Part shown: piece by piece, positions 40,052 to 49,364 of the stretch
Layout of the letters: the number at the start of each line of letters is the position of its first letter
How positions within the stretch are numbered: position 1 is the first letter of the stretch
Source: Candidatus Bathyarchaeia archaeon
Lineage (GTDB): Archaea > Thermoproteota > Bathyarchaeia > TCS64
Reading direction: 5' to 3'
Length of the DNA: 64,000 nucleotides
Assembly: GCA_050014495.1 (NCBI GenBank)
Contig: JBEKDF010000004.1
Span: 5,302-69,301 of the forward strand
Position numbers and translations under genes: made by a program
The notes under the pieces: model-generated
Seen by the model: the letters and a program-made list of their open reading frames with translations, nothing else
The model's database searches: none
Told to the model about the DNA's origin: nothing

Positions 40052-40705
40052 TTATCTCCGGTTGTGTGAAAAGGTGAATGCGGAGGGGCAAAGCTTACTG
40101 ACGACGCAGTTGGCGCAGTCTGGCTTCTTAGCATCACAGATCTTTCTCCCGTGTGTTATGAGTAGATAGTTCACCTCAAACCACTTCTTCCGGGGGATGA
40201 GTTCGAGGAGGTCTTTCTCAATTTTATCCCTGTTTTTCTGCTTGGACCAGCCGAGACGTTGACTGAGGCGAATCACGTGGGTGTCGACAGCTATGCCCTC
40301 GACGATCCCGTATGCGTTTCCCAGGACGAGGTTTGCTGTCTTTCTGGCCACACCCTTGAGGGTAAGGAGCTCATCCATTGTGTTGGGGACTACTCCGTCA
40401 AACTCATCTACTATCTGTCGAGTTGCTGCCTGTATTAGCTCGGCTTTTCTATGGAAGAAACCCGAGGACTTAATGTAGGTCTCGAGCTCGGTCCTCTCCG
40501 CTTTGGCGTAGTCAGCTGCTGTTTTATATCGTTTAAAAAGAGCGGGGGTGAGTTTGTTGATCTGCTCGTCGGTGCTTTGGGCTGACAGTATTGTGGCTAC
40601 GAGGAGCTCCAAGGGGGTCTCCCAGTGGAGCATTGTCCCTTTATCAAGGGGGTACTCGACTTCTAGTAGTGCTATAATCTTCTTCGCTCTCTCCCGATCA
40701 TCCAT
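40052..40705 (-). CDS. nth: Endonuclease III
   Basis: LSAQSTD, HhH L.GVARKTAN, VDTH, C-x6-C-x2-C-x5-C. Confidence 0.95.
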   Translation of the reverse strand: MDDRERAKKIIALLEVEYPLDKGTMLHWETPLELLVATILSAQSTDEQINKLTPALFKRYKTAADYAKAERTELETYIKSSGFFHRKAELIQAATRQIVDEFDGVVPNTMDELLTLKGVARKTANLVLGNAYGIVEGIAVDTHVIRLSQRLGWSKQKNRDKIEKDLLELIPRKKWFEVNYLLITHGRKICDAKKPDCANCVVSKLCPSAFTFSHNRR

Positions 40706-40790
40706 GATGCTAACTGGGTGGTCTACGTGTTTAATCCATTCTAGGCTTGGGCAGGTTTATTGCCCTCGACGATAATGGCTTTACTCGACA

Positions 40791-41405
40791 TTGTTCTGGA
40801 GGAAGAAGAAGCCTGAGGGCCCCCGGGGCGAGCTTCCGCCACATCAGGCTCCCATCAAAGAGTTAATGAGGTGGGGTATCGACCACCCGGGCATAACCCC
40901 CATACTCCCAGTCATCGATAAGAAGGACTGGAGCCTCGTCGTCGATGGAGAAGTGGATGTGTCGTTCAAGCTTAACTGGGACGACTTCATGGCTCTACCC
41001 CAGGTAGAGGTGGTGAGTAATTTCCATTGTGTGGAGGGTTGGAGTGTGCTCTCTCAGAAATGGGGTGGTGTGCTGTTCAGTGTCCTACAGGAGAGGGTTA
41101 AGCCAAAGGAGGTGGCGAAGTACGCTTTGTTCGAGTGCGCCGATGGATATACCACCAGCCTTCCCCTATCGGATCTTCAGGGTGGAGACGTAGTTCTCGC
41201 CCACAGGCTAAACGGCGCTGACCTCAGCCAGCCTCTTGGTGGGCCGATGAGGCTCGTTGTCCCAAAGAAGTACGCTTACAAGTCCGCAATGTGGCTGACG
41301 AAGATCACGTTTGTCTCTCATGACAAGCTGGGTTTCTGGGAGCGAGGCTATTACAGTAACACGGCGGATATCTGGACTAACGACAGATACCGGAATGATA
41401 ACTAG
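40791..41405 (+). CDS. Sulfite oxidase-like molybdopterin oxidoreductase
   Basis: FHCVEGWS, DGYTTSLP, GGP.RLVVP..Y.YKS..W, GFWERGY. Confidence 0.88.
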   Translation: MFWRKKKPEGPRGELPPHQAPIKELMRWGIDHPGITPILPVIDKKDWSLVVDGEVDVSFKLNWDDFMALPQVEVVSNFHCVEGWSVLSQKWGGVLFSVLQERVKPKEVAKYALFECADGYTTSLPLSDLQGGDVVLAHRLNGADLSQPLGGPMRLVVPKKYAYKSAMWLTKITFVSHDKLGFWERGYYSNTADIWTNDRYRNDN

Positions 41406-41565
41406 AATCACGCTCGACTAACCATTAAAAACAGCCTAGATAAGAGAAACGGAGCACGTTTACCCCCTCAATAAGCCAATTTTCCCTAAAACCCGATAGC
41501 TTTTTAACCCAACAACAACTCATTTTAGCACACCTATAGAAAACGAATGTCTGGAGGAGTCCAAA

Positions 41566-41841
41566 GTGGAGAGATCTAACACCGTATTCATCGGACGAAA
41601 GCCTGTACTCAACTATGTCCTCGCATGCATGACCCTTTTCAAAAGTGGTCAGGAGAGCATTTCAGTTAAGGCACGTGGACAGTCAATCAGCAGGGCTGTC
41701 GATGTCGTTGAGGTACTCAGGAACAGGTTCATGCCGAGTGTCACAGTCTTAGAGATTAAGATAGGTACTGAACAGATGCAGTCCGAGGAGCGTAGCACGC
41801 CTTCAAACGTCAGCACAATCGAGATCGTGCTCAAGCCTTAA
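41566..41841 (+). CDS. albA: DNA/RNA-binding protein Alba
   Basis: [27 protein letters not shown]. Confidence 0.95.
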   Translation: MERSNTVFIGRKPVLNYVLACMTLFKSGQESISVKARGQSISRAVDVVEVLRNRFMPSVTVLEIKIGTEQMQSEERSTPSNVSTIEIVLKP

Positions 41842-41898
41842 AGGCGCAAACCATTAGGCTCTCGCGGCGGCTCCCCCGGATACCCGGAGGACCACTGA

Positions 41899-42408
41899 GT
41901 GCAAACGCAACTATGTGAGTTCTGTTTAAAGAGCGGCATGCTATGCTCGAAGTGCCAGACGAAGATCAAGACAGGCGCCGTAACAAACGAGTACATGGAA
42001 GTGGCTAAGAAGCTCATTAGCTACGAGGGCCAGAACCAGTTCCTTCAAACCGTCACTCTGGATAACGTGGTAGATGCAGGGGGTTTCCTCGTACTAGTTG
42101 TTGGGAAGGGTGACTCCGCTAAATTCAACGTTAACCCTAAACCTATTCGCGATCTCGGTGACGCACTGAACAAGAGGGTTGTCGTAATTGAGGCTGGAAT
42201 GAACGACAGGAAGTTCCTTGAGGACCTATTCTCAGGGCAGCAGATCGTCACAATCAATATTATTTGGCTCCCTGATGGGAGCACGGAGACTCGGGTCGTA
42301 CTAGGAGCACGGGGAGCTAAGCGGTTCAGCAAGAAGCGTATCCAGGCTTTAGTCGATATTGCGAAGAAGGTTCGCAAGATGGACCTTCGCGTAGAGTATG
42401 CCTACTAG
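41899..42408 (+). CDS. Archaeal NusA-like KH protein with N-terminal zinc finger
   Basis: CEFCLKSGMLCSKC, degenerate KH region, WLPDGS. Confidence 0.75.
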   Translation: MQTQLCEFCLKSGMLCSKCQTKIKTGAVTNEYMEVAKKLISYEGQNQFLQTVTLDNVVDAGGFLVLVVGKGDSAKFNVNPKPIRDLGDALNKRVVVIEAGMNDRKFLEDLFSGQQIVTINIIWLPDGSTETRVVLGARGAKRFSKKRIQALVDIAKKVRKMDLRVEYAY

Positions 42409-42472
42409 AAGCTCGAAAGTATTTTTATACCCACCTCTCACCTAGCTGGGTAGCTTACAAGTGGGTTCTTTA

Positions 42473-43753
42473 ATGTTCGACAGGGTATACATCGAGGAAG
42501 CTAAGAAAAGGCAGGACGAACAAGTCACCATTGCGGGGTGGGTCGTTCGTACGAGGGACTTAGCGAAGATCAAGTTCATCGTGATGCGTGATAGGACCGG
42601 CGAGATCCAGGTCACCGTGAAGGACCTTAACTTATACCCTAAGGAGGGTTTCGGTAGGGAGGATGTCATCGCTGTCACTGGTAAAGCTGAGCAGAGTAAG
42701 ATCGCTAATGCCGGTATGGAGTTTTTCCCTGATAAGATTGAGGTCGTGAATAAGTCGAGGCAGCCCCTCCCTGTGGATATCACTGAGACAAGCCAGAGTG
42801 AGCTGGAGACGAGGCTGAATTGGCGTTTCTTAGACTTTAGGGCACCGCAGACCCGCGCAATATTTACTATTCAGAATAGGCTGCTCTCAACTTTCCGCAG
42901 TTGGTTGACGGAGAACTGCTATGTTGAGATACAGCCACCCTGTATCATTGCCTCAGCGTCAGAGGGCGGCGCAGATCTATTCAGTCTGCCCTATTTCGAG
43001 AAGAAGGCGTTTCTCGCTCAGAGTCCCCAACTCTACAAACAGATGTGCGCAATCAGCTTCGAGAAGGTCTTCACAGTAACCCCAATCTGGAGGGCTGAAA
43101 AATTCAATACCCCCACCCACCTAAACGAGATTAGACAGATGGATATTGAGCAGGCTTTTGCTGATGACGAGATTGTTATGAAGGTACTCGAAAAGGTGCT
43201 TATCCACATGCTGAGGGATGTGAAGGAACACTGCCCAGAGGAACTCAAGACCCTTAATAGGGAGTTGCTCATCCCAGAGCTGCCATTCAAGCGTGTCACA
43301 TATACAAAGGCGATCGAGATGCTTCAGAAGGCGGGGGAGCAGATCAAATGGGGGGACGACTTTACGAAGCCTCAGGAAAGGAAGATGATGGAGCTCGTGG
43401 GGGAACAGGCTTTTTTCCTAAAGGATTGGCCCGCAGCACAGAAGGCGTTCTATTCTATGCCCTACGTGGATAACCCGGAGATTGTCCATGCATTCGACTG
43501 CATCTATGGTGGCATTGAGATAAGTAGCGGCACGCAGCGCATTCACATCCCCGAGTTACTCAGGGAGAGGATAAGTAATAAGGGGCTGCACCCAGAGAAC
43601 TTCGAGAGCTATATCGAGGCTTTCGCTTATGGTGCTCCCCCTCACGCGGGGTGGAGCATCGGGCTGGAAAGGCTGACAATGATCGTGACTGGGAAGGACA
43701 ACATCAGGGAGTGCTGTATGTTCCCGCGTGACAGGGAGAGGCTCATCCCATGA
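42473..43753 (+). CDS. aspS: Archaeal-type aspartyl-tRNA synthetase
   Basis: OB-fold (RDRTG.IQ), RL..RFLD.R, AQSPQLYKQ, WRAE, SSG.QR, PPHAG..IGLER. Confidence 0.92.
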   Translation: MFDRVYIEEAKKRQDEQVTIAGWVVRTRDLAKIKFIVMRDRTGEIQVTVKDLNLYPKEGFGREDVIAVTGKAEQSKIANAGMEFFPDKIEVVNKSRQPLPVDITETSQSELETRLNWRFLDFRAPQTRAIFTIQNRLLSTFRSWLTENCYVEIQPPCIIASASEGGADLFSLPYFEKKAFLAQSPQLYKQMCAISFEKVFTVTPIWRAEKFNTPTHLNEIRQMDIEQAFADDEIVMKVLEKVLIHMLRDVKEHCPEELKTLNRELLIPELPFKRVTYTKAIEMLQKAGEQIKWGDDFTKPQERKMMELVGEQAFFLKDWPAAQKAFYSMPYVDNPEIVHAFDCIYGGIEISSGTQRIHIPELLRERISNKGLHPENFESYIEAFAYGAPPHAGWSIGLERLTMIVTGKDNIRECCMFPRDRERLIP

Positions 43754-44124
43754 GCAGACAGAGCCAGTTCGAGTACAAGATGTGCATAGTAATACGCACT
43801 GACCTGAAGATGAGTGTCGGTAAGATGATAGCCCAGGCTTGCCATGCAGCCGTCGACTGCTCGGAGAAAGCAAAGCAGGAGAACCACGCGGGTTGGCGGA
43901 AGTGGCGAGACGAGGGAGCGAAGAAGGTTGCCCTCCAAGTCGACTCGCAGGAGGAGCTTGAGGAGCTAGCTGATAAAGCGGATAATCTCGACATCGTCTA
44001 CACAGTTATTCAAGATCGGGGTCTCACCGAGGTCCCACCAGGAAGCATTACCGCCCTAGGTCTCGGACCCGAGAGGAACGATAAGCTTGACAAGATAACA
44101 GGCAACCTCCCGTTAATGAAGTGA
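43750..44124 (+). CDS. pth2: Peptidyl-tRNA hydrolase Pth2
   Basis: RTDLKM..GK..AQ..HA, KKV.L, D.GLTEV, DKITG.L. Confidence 0.95.
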   Translation: MSRQSQFEYKMCIVIRTDLKMSVGKMIAQACHAAVDCSEKAKQENHAGWRKWRDEGAKKVALQVDSQEELEELADKADNLDIVYTVIQDRGLTEVPPGSITALGLGPERNDKLDKITGNLPLMK

Positions 44125-44195
44125 GGATTAACTAATATCAATTTTTGAATAAATCCATTCTATTGAGGATATTTCGAGAATTAGGAAAGTCTATT

Positions 44196-44357
44196 TTAAG
44201 GGCCTTGGAACCCGCAGGCGGGGCACCTGTAGGTGCGACCGAAGAGCCGACATTTCTCGCAGCGCCAAATTGTGACGGCACCGCAGTTGGGGCAGCTCAT
44301 CTTGACAGCTTTCTCCTCGGGTGCAACCTTCCTACCACAGGAGATGCAAGTTGACAT
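44196..44357 (-). CDS. Small zinc-finger protein (DUF1610/HVO_2753 family), 53 aa
   Basis: Hand translation MSTCISCG...CPNCG...IWRCEKCR...YRCPACGFQGP; below ORF-track cutoff. Confidence 0.88.
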   Translation of the reverse strand: MSTCISCGRKVAPEEKAVKMSCPNCGAVTIWRCEKCRLFGRTYRCPACGFQGP

Positions 44358-44391
44358 ACTTATCAGCCCACATACAACCTTGGTTCGATAT

Positions 44392-45594
44392 TTAAATGTT
44401 CACTAGGTTGCGTAATTCGGCGAAGGCGAGTCTCCCAAGTCCACTGACCATTGCCCTCATGAGTCTTGGCTCGGAGAGCGCTCGTTTTATGACTTCTCCT
44501 TGAAGGTCCATATCCCCGCCCGCGACTATTTCTTCAACCACGTTATTGAGCCCAGAATCGTTGAAGACGCGAAGGAGCCTATTCATCCTTTCATCCGATA
44601 TTCTATCAACGAGGTTGCGTAGAGTCTGCATGCTCCTGAACTCTGCCCCGTAGAGTCTCCTCCATTCATCTTCATAATGTACAAGTGATCTCTCCGAGAG
44701 ATCACCGGATTCAAGTGCTTGGGATGCTACACTCCCAGCTTTGATGGCGCATAAACCACCGAGTACTATGCCGCCTCCTGTCGTCGGTTTGACTTGTCCT
44801 GCGGCGTCCCCTACTAGCAACATTCCGGGGAACGATGTTCTGCTTACCGGACCATCCACGAGCACCTGGCCAATTCTTGGAGATTGATAGGAAACAGCGC
44901 CGAAACGCCTCTTGATAAAGCGGGTCAACAACATGATAGGGTCACCGACCCTCGTAGCGAGTCCCACCCTAGCCTCCTGGTTCGAGATTGGTATTACCCA
45001 TGCAAAGAATCCTGGGGCAGTCTCTTCACCAAACCAGACCTCAACCATTGTGGGGTCCATGTCGCACTTCACCTCTGTGTTTACGCCAAGGAGTGGTACC
45101 CGTCTGGAATTGACCAGCCCAGCCTCCTTAACAAGTCTACGTGAGGGTCCCTCTGCATCAATGATGAGGCGCGACTCTTCGGCCCACTCGGTTCCGATTA
45201 CGCCTACTATTGAGCCGTTGATTAGCTTAAGCTTCTCTGCTCTTCTACCTAAGACGAGTTCAGCTCCGGCGTCGATTGCAGACTCTGCTAGATATTGGTC
45301 GAGCGCTATTCTATCTATGACATGTGCACGTGGGCGCTTATCCCTGATCTCAATGCTGTGTCCGTCAGGTGAGTAGATCCACCCTCCGACAACATCGTTT
45401 TGGACGAAACTCTTTGACGCTACCACCCCAATCCTCTTAAGTCCCTCTATACTAACGAGGCCAGCGCAGTGGCTTGGAATCCCTACTTGGCTGTGTTCTT
45501 CTAGAATCTTGACTGAGAAACCCTTGGACGCTATCTCCTTAGCCGCTAGAAGACCCGCTGATCCTGCACCCACGATGAGTGAGTCAGAGTCCAT
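44392..45594 (-). CDS. Geranylgeranyl reductase family FAD oxidoreductase
   Basis: VGAGSAG, HCAG, PGFFAW.IP, GDAAGQVKPTTGGG. Confidence 0.88.
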   Translation of the reverse strand: MDSDSLIVGAGSAGLLAAKEIASKGFSVKILEEHSQVGIPSHCAGLVSIEGLKRIGVVASKSFVQNDVVGGWIYSPDGHSIEIRDKRPRAHVIDRIALDQYLAESAIDAGAELVLGRRAEKLKLINGSIVGVIGTEWAEESRLIIDAEGPSRRLVKEAGLVNSRRVPLLGVNTEVKCDMDPTMVEVWFGEETAPGFFAWVIPISNQEARVGLATRVGDPIMLLTRFIKRRFGAVSYQSPRIGQVLVDGPVSRTSFPGMLLVGDAAGQVKPTTGGGIVLGGLCAIKAGSVASQALESGDLSERSLVHYEDEWRRLYGAEFRSMQTLRNLVDRISDERMNRLLRVFNDSGLNNVVEEIVAGGDMDLQGEVIKRALSEPRLMRAMVSGLGRLAFAELRNLVNI

Positions 45595-45617
45595 TGGGTC
45601 ACCGTTATAGAGGGAAT

Positions 45618-46595
45618 TTAGCTGCGCTTTACGATTTCCTGGAACTCGACATCTTCGAGCTCCGGGAAGAACTTTAAAACGTCCATTGCTAGACCCCTTT
45701 TAGCGATCTGGATGTTCTCGCCGAAGAATATCTCGTCGGGGATGATGATGGTCATCTTCTTCTTCCCCATTTTCTGACCGAACTTCTCGGCGTTGACACC
45801 GACGAAGCGGCGACCGATTAAAGCGGTGACCTTCGCCTTTTCCTCCGAGATGATCTCCGTTACCTTAACGTCGTAGATGATCTTCCTGCCAGCTAATGCG
45901 TGGTTGTAGTCCACTTGGACGCGTCCAGCGCCTACGCTGCGTATAACCGCTTGTCGGCCGTCTATCTCCAACTCCGCCCCGGGTACTGGGTTGACGCCTT
46001 TACTGCGCAGAATGCGATAGGGGATCAACTGTACATTAACGGGGTCGCGCTCGCCGAATGCCTCTGCGGCCGGGATCTCTATGGATGTTTGCTCATTGGG
46101 TTTGACACCGCGTAGGCGTGCGTCGAGTCCACGTAGCACCCAGCCCTCGCCGACTACGACGAGGCGTGGGCCATAGACGTTTCCCTCACGGTGGGTGCCC
46201 TTCTCCTTTGCTACCTCCTCATTTGTAGTGTCGAAGACTTCACCGGTCTCCTCAGCCCTGCCGGTCATCTCCATGAGGATGAAGTCGCCCTTGTTTACGG
46301 CACCCTCTATACGCGGCTCCTCTGGTGGCTTCTCCTCTTTAGCCTCGACTGTAGCCCCTGTCTTCGTTTCCTCCGCGGGTTTTTCACCTGGAATCGCCTC
46401 AGCAATTGGTGCCTCAGCCTTTGATTCCTCTATGGGCTTTACATCTGAAATTGCCTCAACAACTGGGGCCTCGGTCTTCGTTTCCTCCACAGGCTTTTCA
46501 CTTGAAATTGCTTCAACTACGGGGGTCTTGACCTTGGGCTCCTCGACTGGTTTTTCTTCTGGCTTCTCCTCGATGGGCTTCTTCTCTTCACTCAT
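45618..46595 (-). CDS. Long-type FKBP peptidyl-prolyl isomerase (SlyD-like) with acidic repeat N-terminus
   Basis: GEVFDTT, VG.G.VL.GLD, AFGERD, V.VD.NH.LAG. Confidence 0.9.
   Translation of the reverse strand: MSEEKKPIEEKPEEKPVEEPKVKTPVVEAISSEKPVEETKTEAPVVEAISDVKPIEESKAEAPIAEAIPGEKPAEETKTGATVEAKEEKPPEEPRIEGAVNKGDFILMEMTGRAEETGEVFDTTNEEVAKEKGTHREGNVYGPRLVVVGEGWVLRGLDARLRGVKPNEQTSIEIPAAEAFGERDPVNVQLIPYRILRSKGVNPVPGAELEIDGRQAVIRSVGAGRVQVDYNHALAGRKIIYDVKVTEIISEEKAKVTALIGRRFVGVNAEKFGQKMGKKKMTIIIPDEIFFGENIQIAKRGLAMDVLKFFPELEDVEFQEIVKRS
46332..46553 (-). repeat. About 4 imperfect 57-bp (19-aa) tandem repeats
   Basis: KPVEEPKVKTPVVEAISSE / KPVEETKTEAPVVEAISDV / KPIEESKAEAPIAEAIPGE / KPAEETKTGATVEA. 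Confidence 0.88.
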
Positions 46596-46751
46596 GGTTG
46601 AACACTCTGAGAGTCATTGCCCCCATTCCTGGGGGATTCACGCAAGGAGATGCGGAGCCCGGTTTAAAGCCTTTCTGTAAAATTTGACGGCTCTTTTCCT
46701 TTGGATGATCCACACGGTTTTTAGCCAAGGGCACTTGTCTAGTGGCGGATT

Positions 46752-46759
46752 GCGCGCGC
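46752..46759. repeat. (GC)4 tract 10 nt beyond a stop codon
   Basis: gattGCGCGCGCcaaat. Confidence 0.9.
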
Positions 46760-46769
46760 CAAATGTTAC

Positions 46770-47054
46770 TTACAGCTTCTTTTTCGAATTTCCTCTCCTA
46801 TAGTTCAATATCGTTGACGCAGCTATCAGGACCATGAACCAGAAGGCTGCATCTATAGCCAGGATGATTAGGTCGACTCTCCATTCGTTGGTTGAGCCCG
46901 CTACTGTGCTGAGAATATTTGCTCCCCAAGTGAGGGGTAATCCGTATCGTACCTCGATTAGGTCCGGTACCGAGTAACCTTGGTTGTATACCAGGGCGAG
47001 CGTGCCTATTACTCCAAGGATCAATAGGATTATGGTTCGAATTCCTATTTTCAT
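46770..47054 (-). CDS. Small two-TM membrane protein
   Basis: Two hydrophobic segments flanking YGLPLTWG. Confidence 0.65.
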   Translation of the reverse strand: MKIGIRTIILLILGVIGTLALVYNQGYSVPDLIEVRYGLPLTWGANILSTVAGSTNEWRVDLIILAIDAAFWFMVLIAASTILNYRRGNSKKKL

Positions 47055-47195
47055 ATTGATCAGTCACTTTACTCCTGATCTTTAATACATATTGTTCTCT
47101 AAGAGCGTGCACATGAAGGCGCATGCTTATGAGTATTCGCTCGCGTGTGCGAGATTCTTTATTTAGTCGCAAAGACCAAAAGGGTCTCGATCAAA

Positions 47196-47705
47196 TTGGA
47201 TGCGATACAGGTCATTCTTGGTAGGAGAAGCATTCGAAAGTTCACCGGGGAGACGATCCCTGAAAATGATGTAAAGTTGCTCCTCGAAGCGGCTATGGCG
47301 GCCCCCTCAGCCTGCAACCAGCAGCCCTGGCACTACATAGTGGTGAAGGATAAGGCCACATTCGATAAGATAACCGAGGCACAGCCCTACACGAGGATGT
47401 TGCCTAAGGCCTCCATTGCGGTAATCGTGTGTGCGGACCCGAATCTTCAGACCTGTCCAGGTTTCTGGGTTCAGGACTGCTCAGCCTCAACCGAGAACCT
47501 GCTATTGGCTGCGCATGCTATGGGTTATGGTGCTACTTGGTGTGGTATCTACCCCAATGATGATACGGTGTGGAAGATCAGGGAGTTGCTGGGGATCCCT
47601 AAGACGGTTTACCCATTGTGTGTTGTAGCTGTCGGAGTCCCCGACGAGGAGAAGCCGCCAGCTGATAGGTATAATCAAGCTCGTGTGCACACTGAGAAGT
47701 GGTGA
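47196..47705 (+). CDS. Nitroreductase family
   Basis: RRSIRKF, APSACNQQPW, QDCSA..ENLLLAA; likely TTG start 47196. Confidence 0.92.
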   Translation: MDAIQVILGRRSIRKFTGETIPENDVKLLLEAAMAAPSACNQQPWHYIVVKDKATFDKITEAQPYTRMLPKASIAVIVCADPNLQTCPGFWVQDCSASTENLLLAAHAMGYGATWCGIYPNDDTVWKIRELLGIPKTVYPLCVVAVGVPDEEKPPADRYNQARVHTEKW

Positions 47706-47726
47706 TCCCGCACACGCGAGCTGCAT

Positions 47727-47921
47727 CTAGATTTTGGCCACGTTTATTGTCTCAGAGGCGAATAAATCCTCCACCTTGAACAGGGATTCAACTAGCCCTT
47801 GCTCCGATGAGTAATTGATGAAGGCTTTGAGGATCTTGCGGTTCGCGTCCAGTTCGTAGGGCCAATAGTTCTGATCCATGATTCATATGGTCTCCTCGAG
47901 TTCAGGGATCATCCAAGGCAT
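47727..47921 (-). pseudogene. C-terminal remnant of a 4,5-dihydroxyphthalate decarboxylase/NMT1-like protein
   Basis: Hand translation MPWMIPELEETI*IMDQNYWPYELDANRKILKAFINYSSEQGLVESLFKVEDLFASET; starts at GCGCGC 47922-47927. Confidence 0.7.
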
Positions 47922-47965
47922 GCGCGCTCGACACACCTTTAAGTCGGAAAATTAAAGATATCACT

Positions 47966-48826
47966 ATGGATTCTAAGTATCTAATTATTGGTCTTGTCGG
48001 ATTCCTGATTGGAGGAGGTTCTATTTACTATTATATAACTAGACAAAATGGTAATTTACCGACCAATATTAATCCCACCATAACTCTGACTCACATAAAT
48101 GAAACAGAGATCAAGGTCGGGAGTGCACAAAAAATATTGGCCATAGGCGCTGATCTCTCAACTGGAGACGCGGGTCATACACAGTTCTTCTCAAGCCTAA
48201 GATCAAAGGGATATACGGTAGACTCATTATCGAATGATAGTGTCATAGATATTCCAACACTATCAAATTATGGTGTATTAATCATAGCCGGGAATAGAAA
48301 CTATGGAATAAGTGATGGACCTCTAATAGCAGATTGGGTGAAAAAAGGTGGAAATATACTATTAATAGCCAATAATTTAGATGAAACGCGTGCCTCGTGG
48401 TGTAACCCTATGCTCGATGACTTCGGAATAGTTGTCAACAACGATAACGTTCAAGCACCATTTTCCACCGCGGTTGGTTACATCGTTAAATATATTTACA
48501 AGCATGCTATCACAAACGGAATCACGAATATTGTTGTTCCTGTAGTTCAGGGAACACATAACACTGGATCTTGGACGGGTCCCGTTGATCTAACTATTGA
48601 TTCATCAAAGGCTACAATGGTTGCACAAATTGGGGAATCCGGTTACAGCAGCGCACATGCTATAAAACCACCCGTATTAGCTGTGTATGAGGGCACAGGG
48701 AAAGTTGTAGTAATAAGTGGAGCCGGTGATTACACTCCGTTCTCAAATGCCTACTTATCTTATGCGCAGATTGATAATTTGCAGCTTGGAATTAATATTA
48801 TTGGGTGGTTCCAAAGCCCCGGTTAG
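47966..48826 (+). CDS. Membrane-anchored extracellular protein (DUF4350/GATase-like fold), AT-rich
   Basis: N-terminal TM, WVKKGG.ILL, G.GKVVV.S, DNLQL..NII.W. Confidence 0.7.
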   Translation: MDSKYLIIGLVGFLIGGGSIYYYITRQNGNLPTNINPTITLTHINETEIKVGSAQKILAIGADLSTGDAGHTQFFSSLRSKGYTVDSLSNDSVIDIPTLSNYGVLIIAGNRNYGISDGPLIADWVKKGGNILLIANNLDETRASWCNPMLDDFGIVVNNDNVQAPFSTAVGYIVKYIYKHAITNGITNIVVPVVQGTHNTGSWTGPVDLTIDSSKATMVAQIGESGYSSAHAIKPPVLAVYEGTGKVVVISGAGDYTPFSNAYLSYAQIDNLQLGINIIGWFQSPG

Positions 48827-49213
48827 CCACATCAAGTTCACTAGACTATTGAAGTGCGCGATTTCTATGAACTTTTGTTCTAATTCATCGTCAGCAAGGC
48901 TCTTAAGCCCAGGCTAGCTTTGAGCAGTATTCGAGGGTGGAAATAGATAGGAGTTGCAACCTCCGCCCTTCTTTAAATCGATGGGGCTGAAGAGGCCCCC
49001 CAAAACTCGTTTAATATGGATCCTCTTTAGGGCTCCTTACCATAAGGAGTGTGTGCGTGAGGATCGGTACAAGTCTTAAGTACGCTATGAATCGATCGAA
49101 TTCTAAACCAGGTGTTCACGAATTGCATAGAATAACCGCGCTAATACTGGGAATCCTATGATTATCAGCGATCGCCAACTCATTAACCATTCCTAGAGCG
49201 TCAAGCGCCAGAT

Positions 49214-49221
49214 CGCGCGCG
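49214..49221. repeat. (CG)4 tract ending a signal-peptide-like relic
   Basis: gatCGCGCGCGgatt. Confidence 0.88.
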
Positions 49222-49364
49222 GATTTTGTCAATTACATGAAGAGGACGAGACTCTTGATTTCAAGCGCCCCCGATTGAATTAATCTCAATCAGAGACACT
49301 TGTTGGAAAAAAACCATTTAACATTAATGATTGATCCCTTTAACTAGTCACTAGGTGAGTCAAA

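Noticed and set aside
48980-49030. GGGGC-tgaagag-GCCCC hairpin with downstream CCTCTT, loosely like a fluoride riboswitch pseudoknot
   Set aside because: Conserved GAUG and CUGAUG elements are missing and no fluoride-related gene follows.
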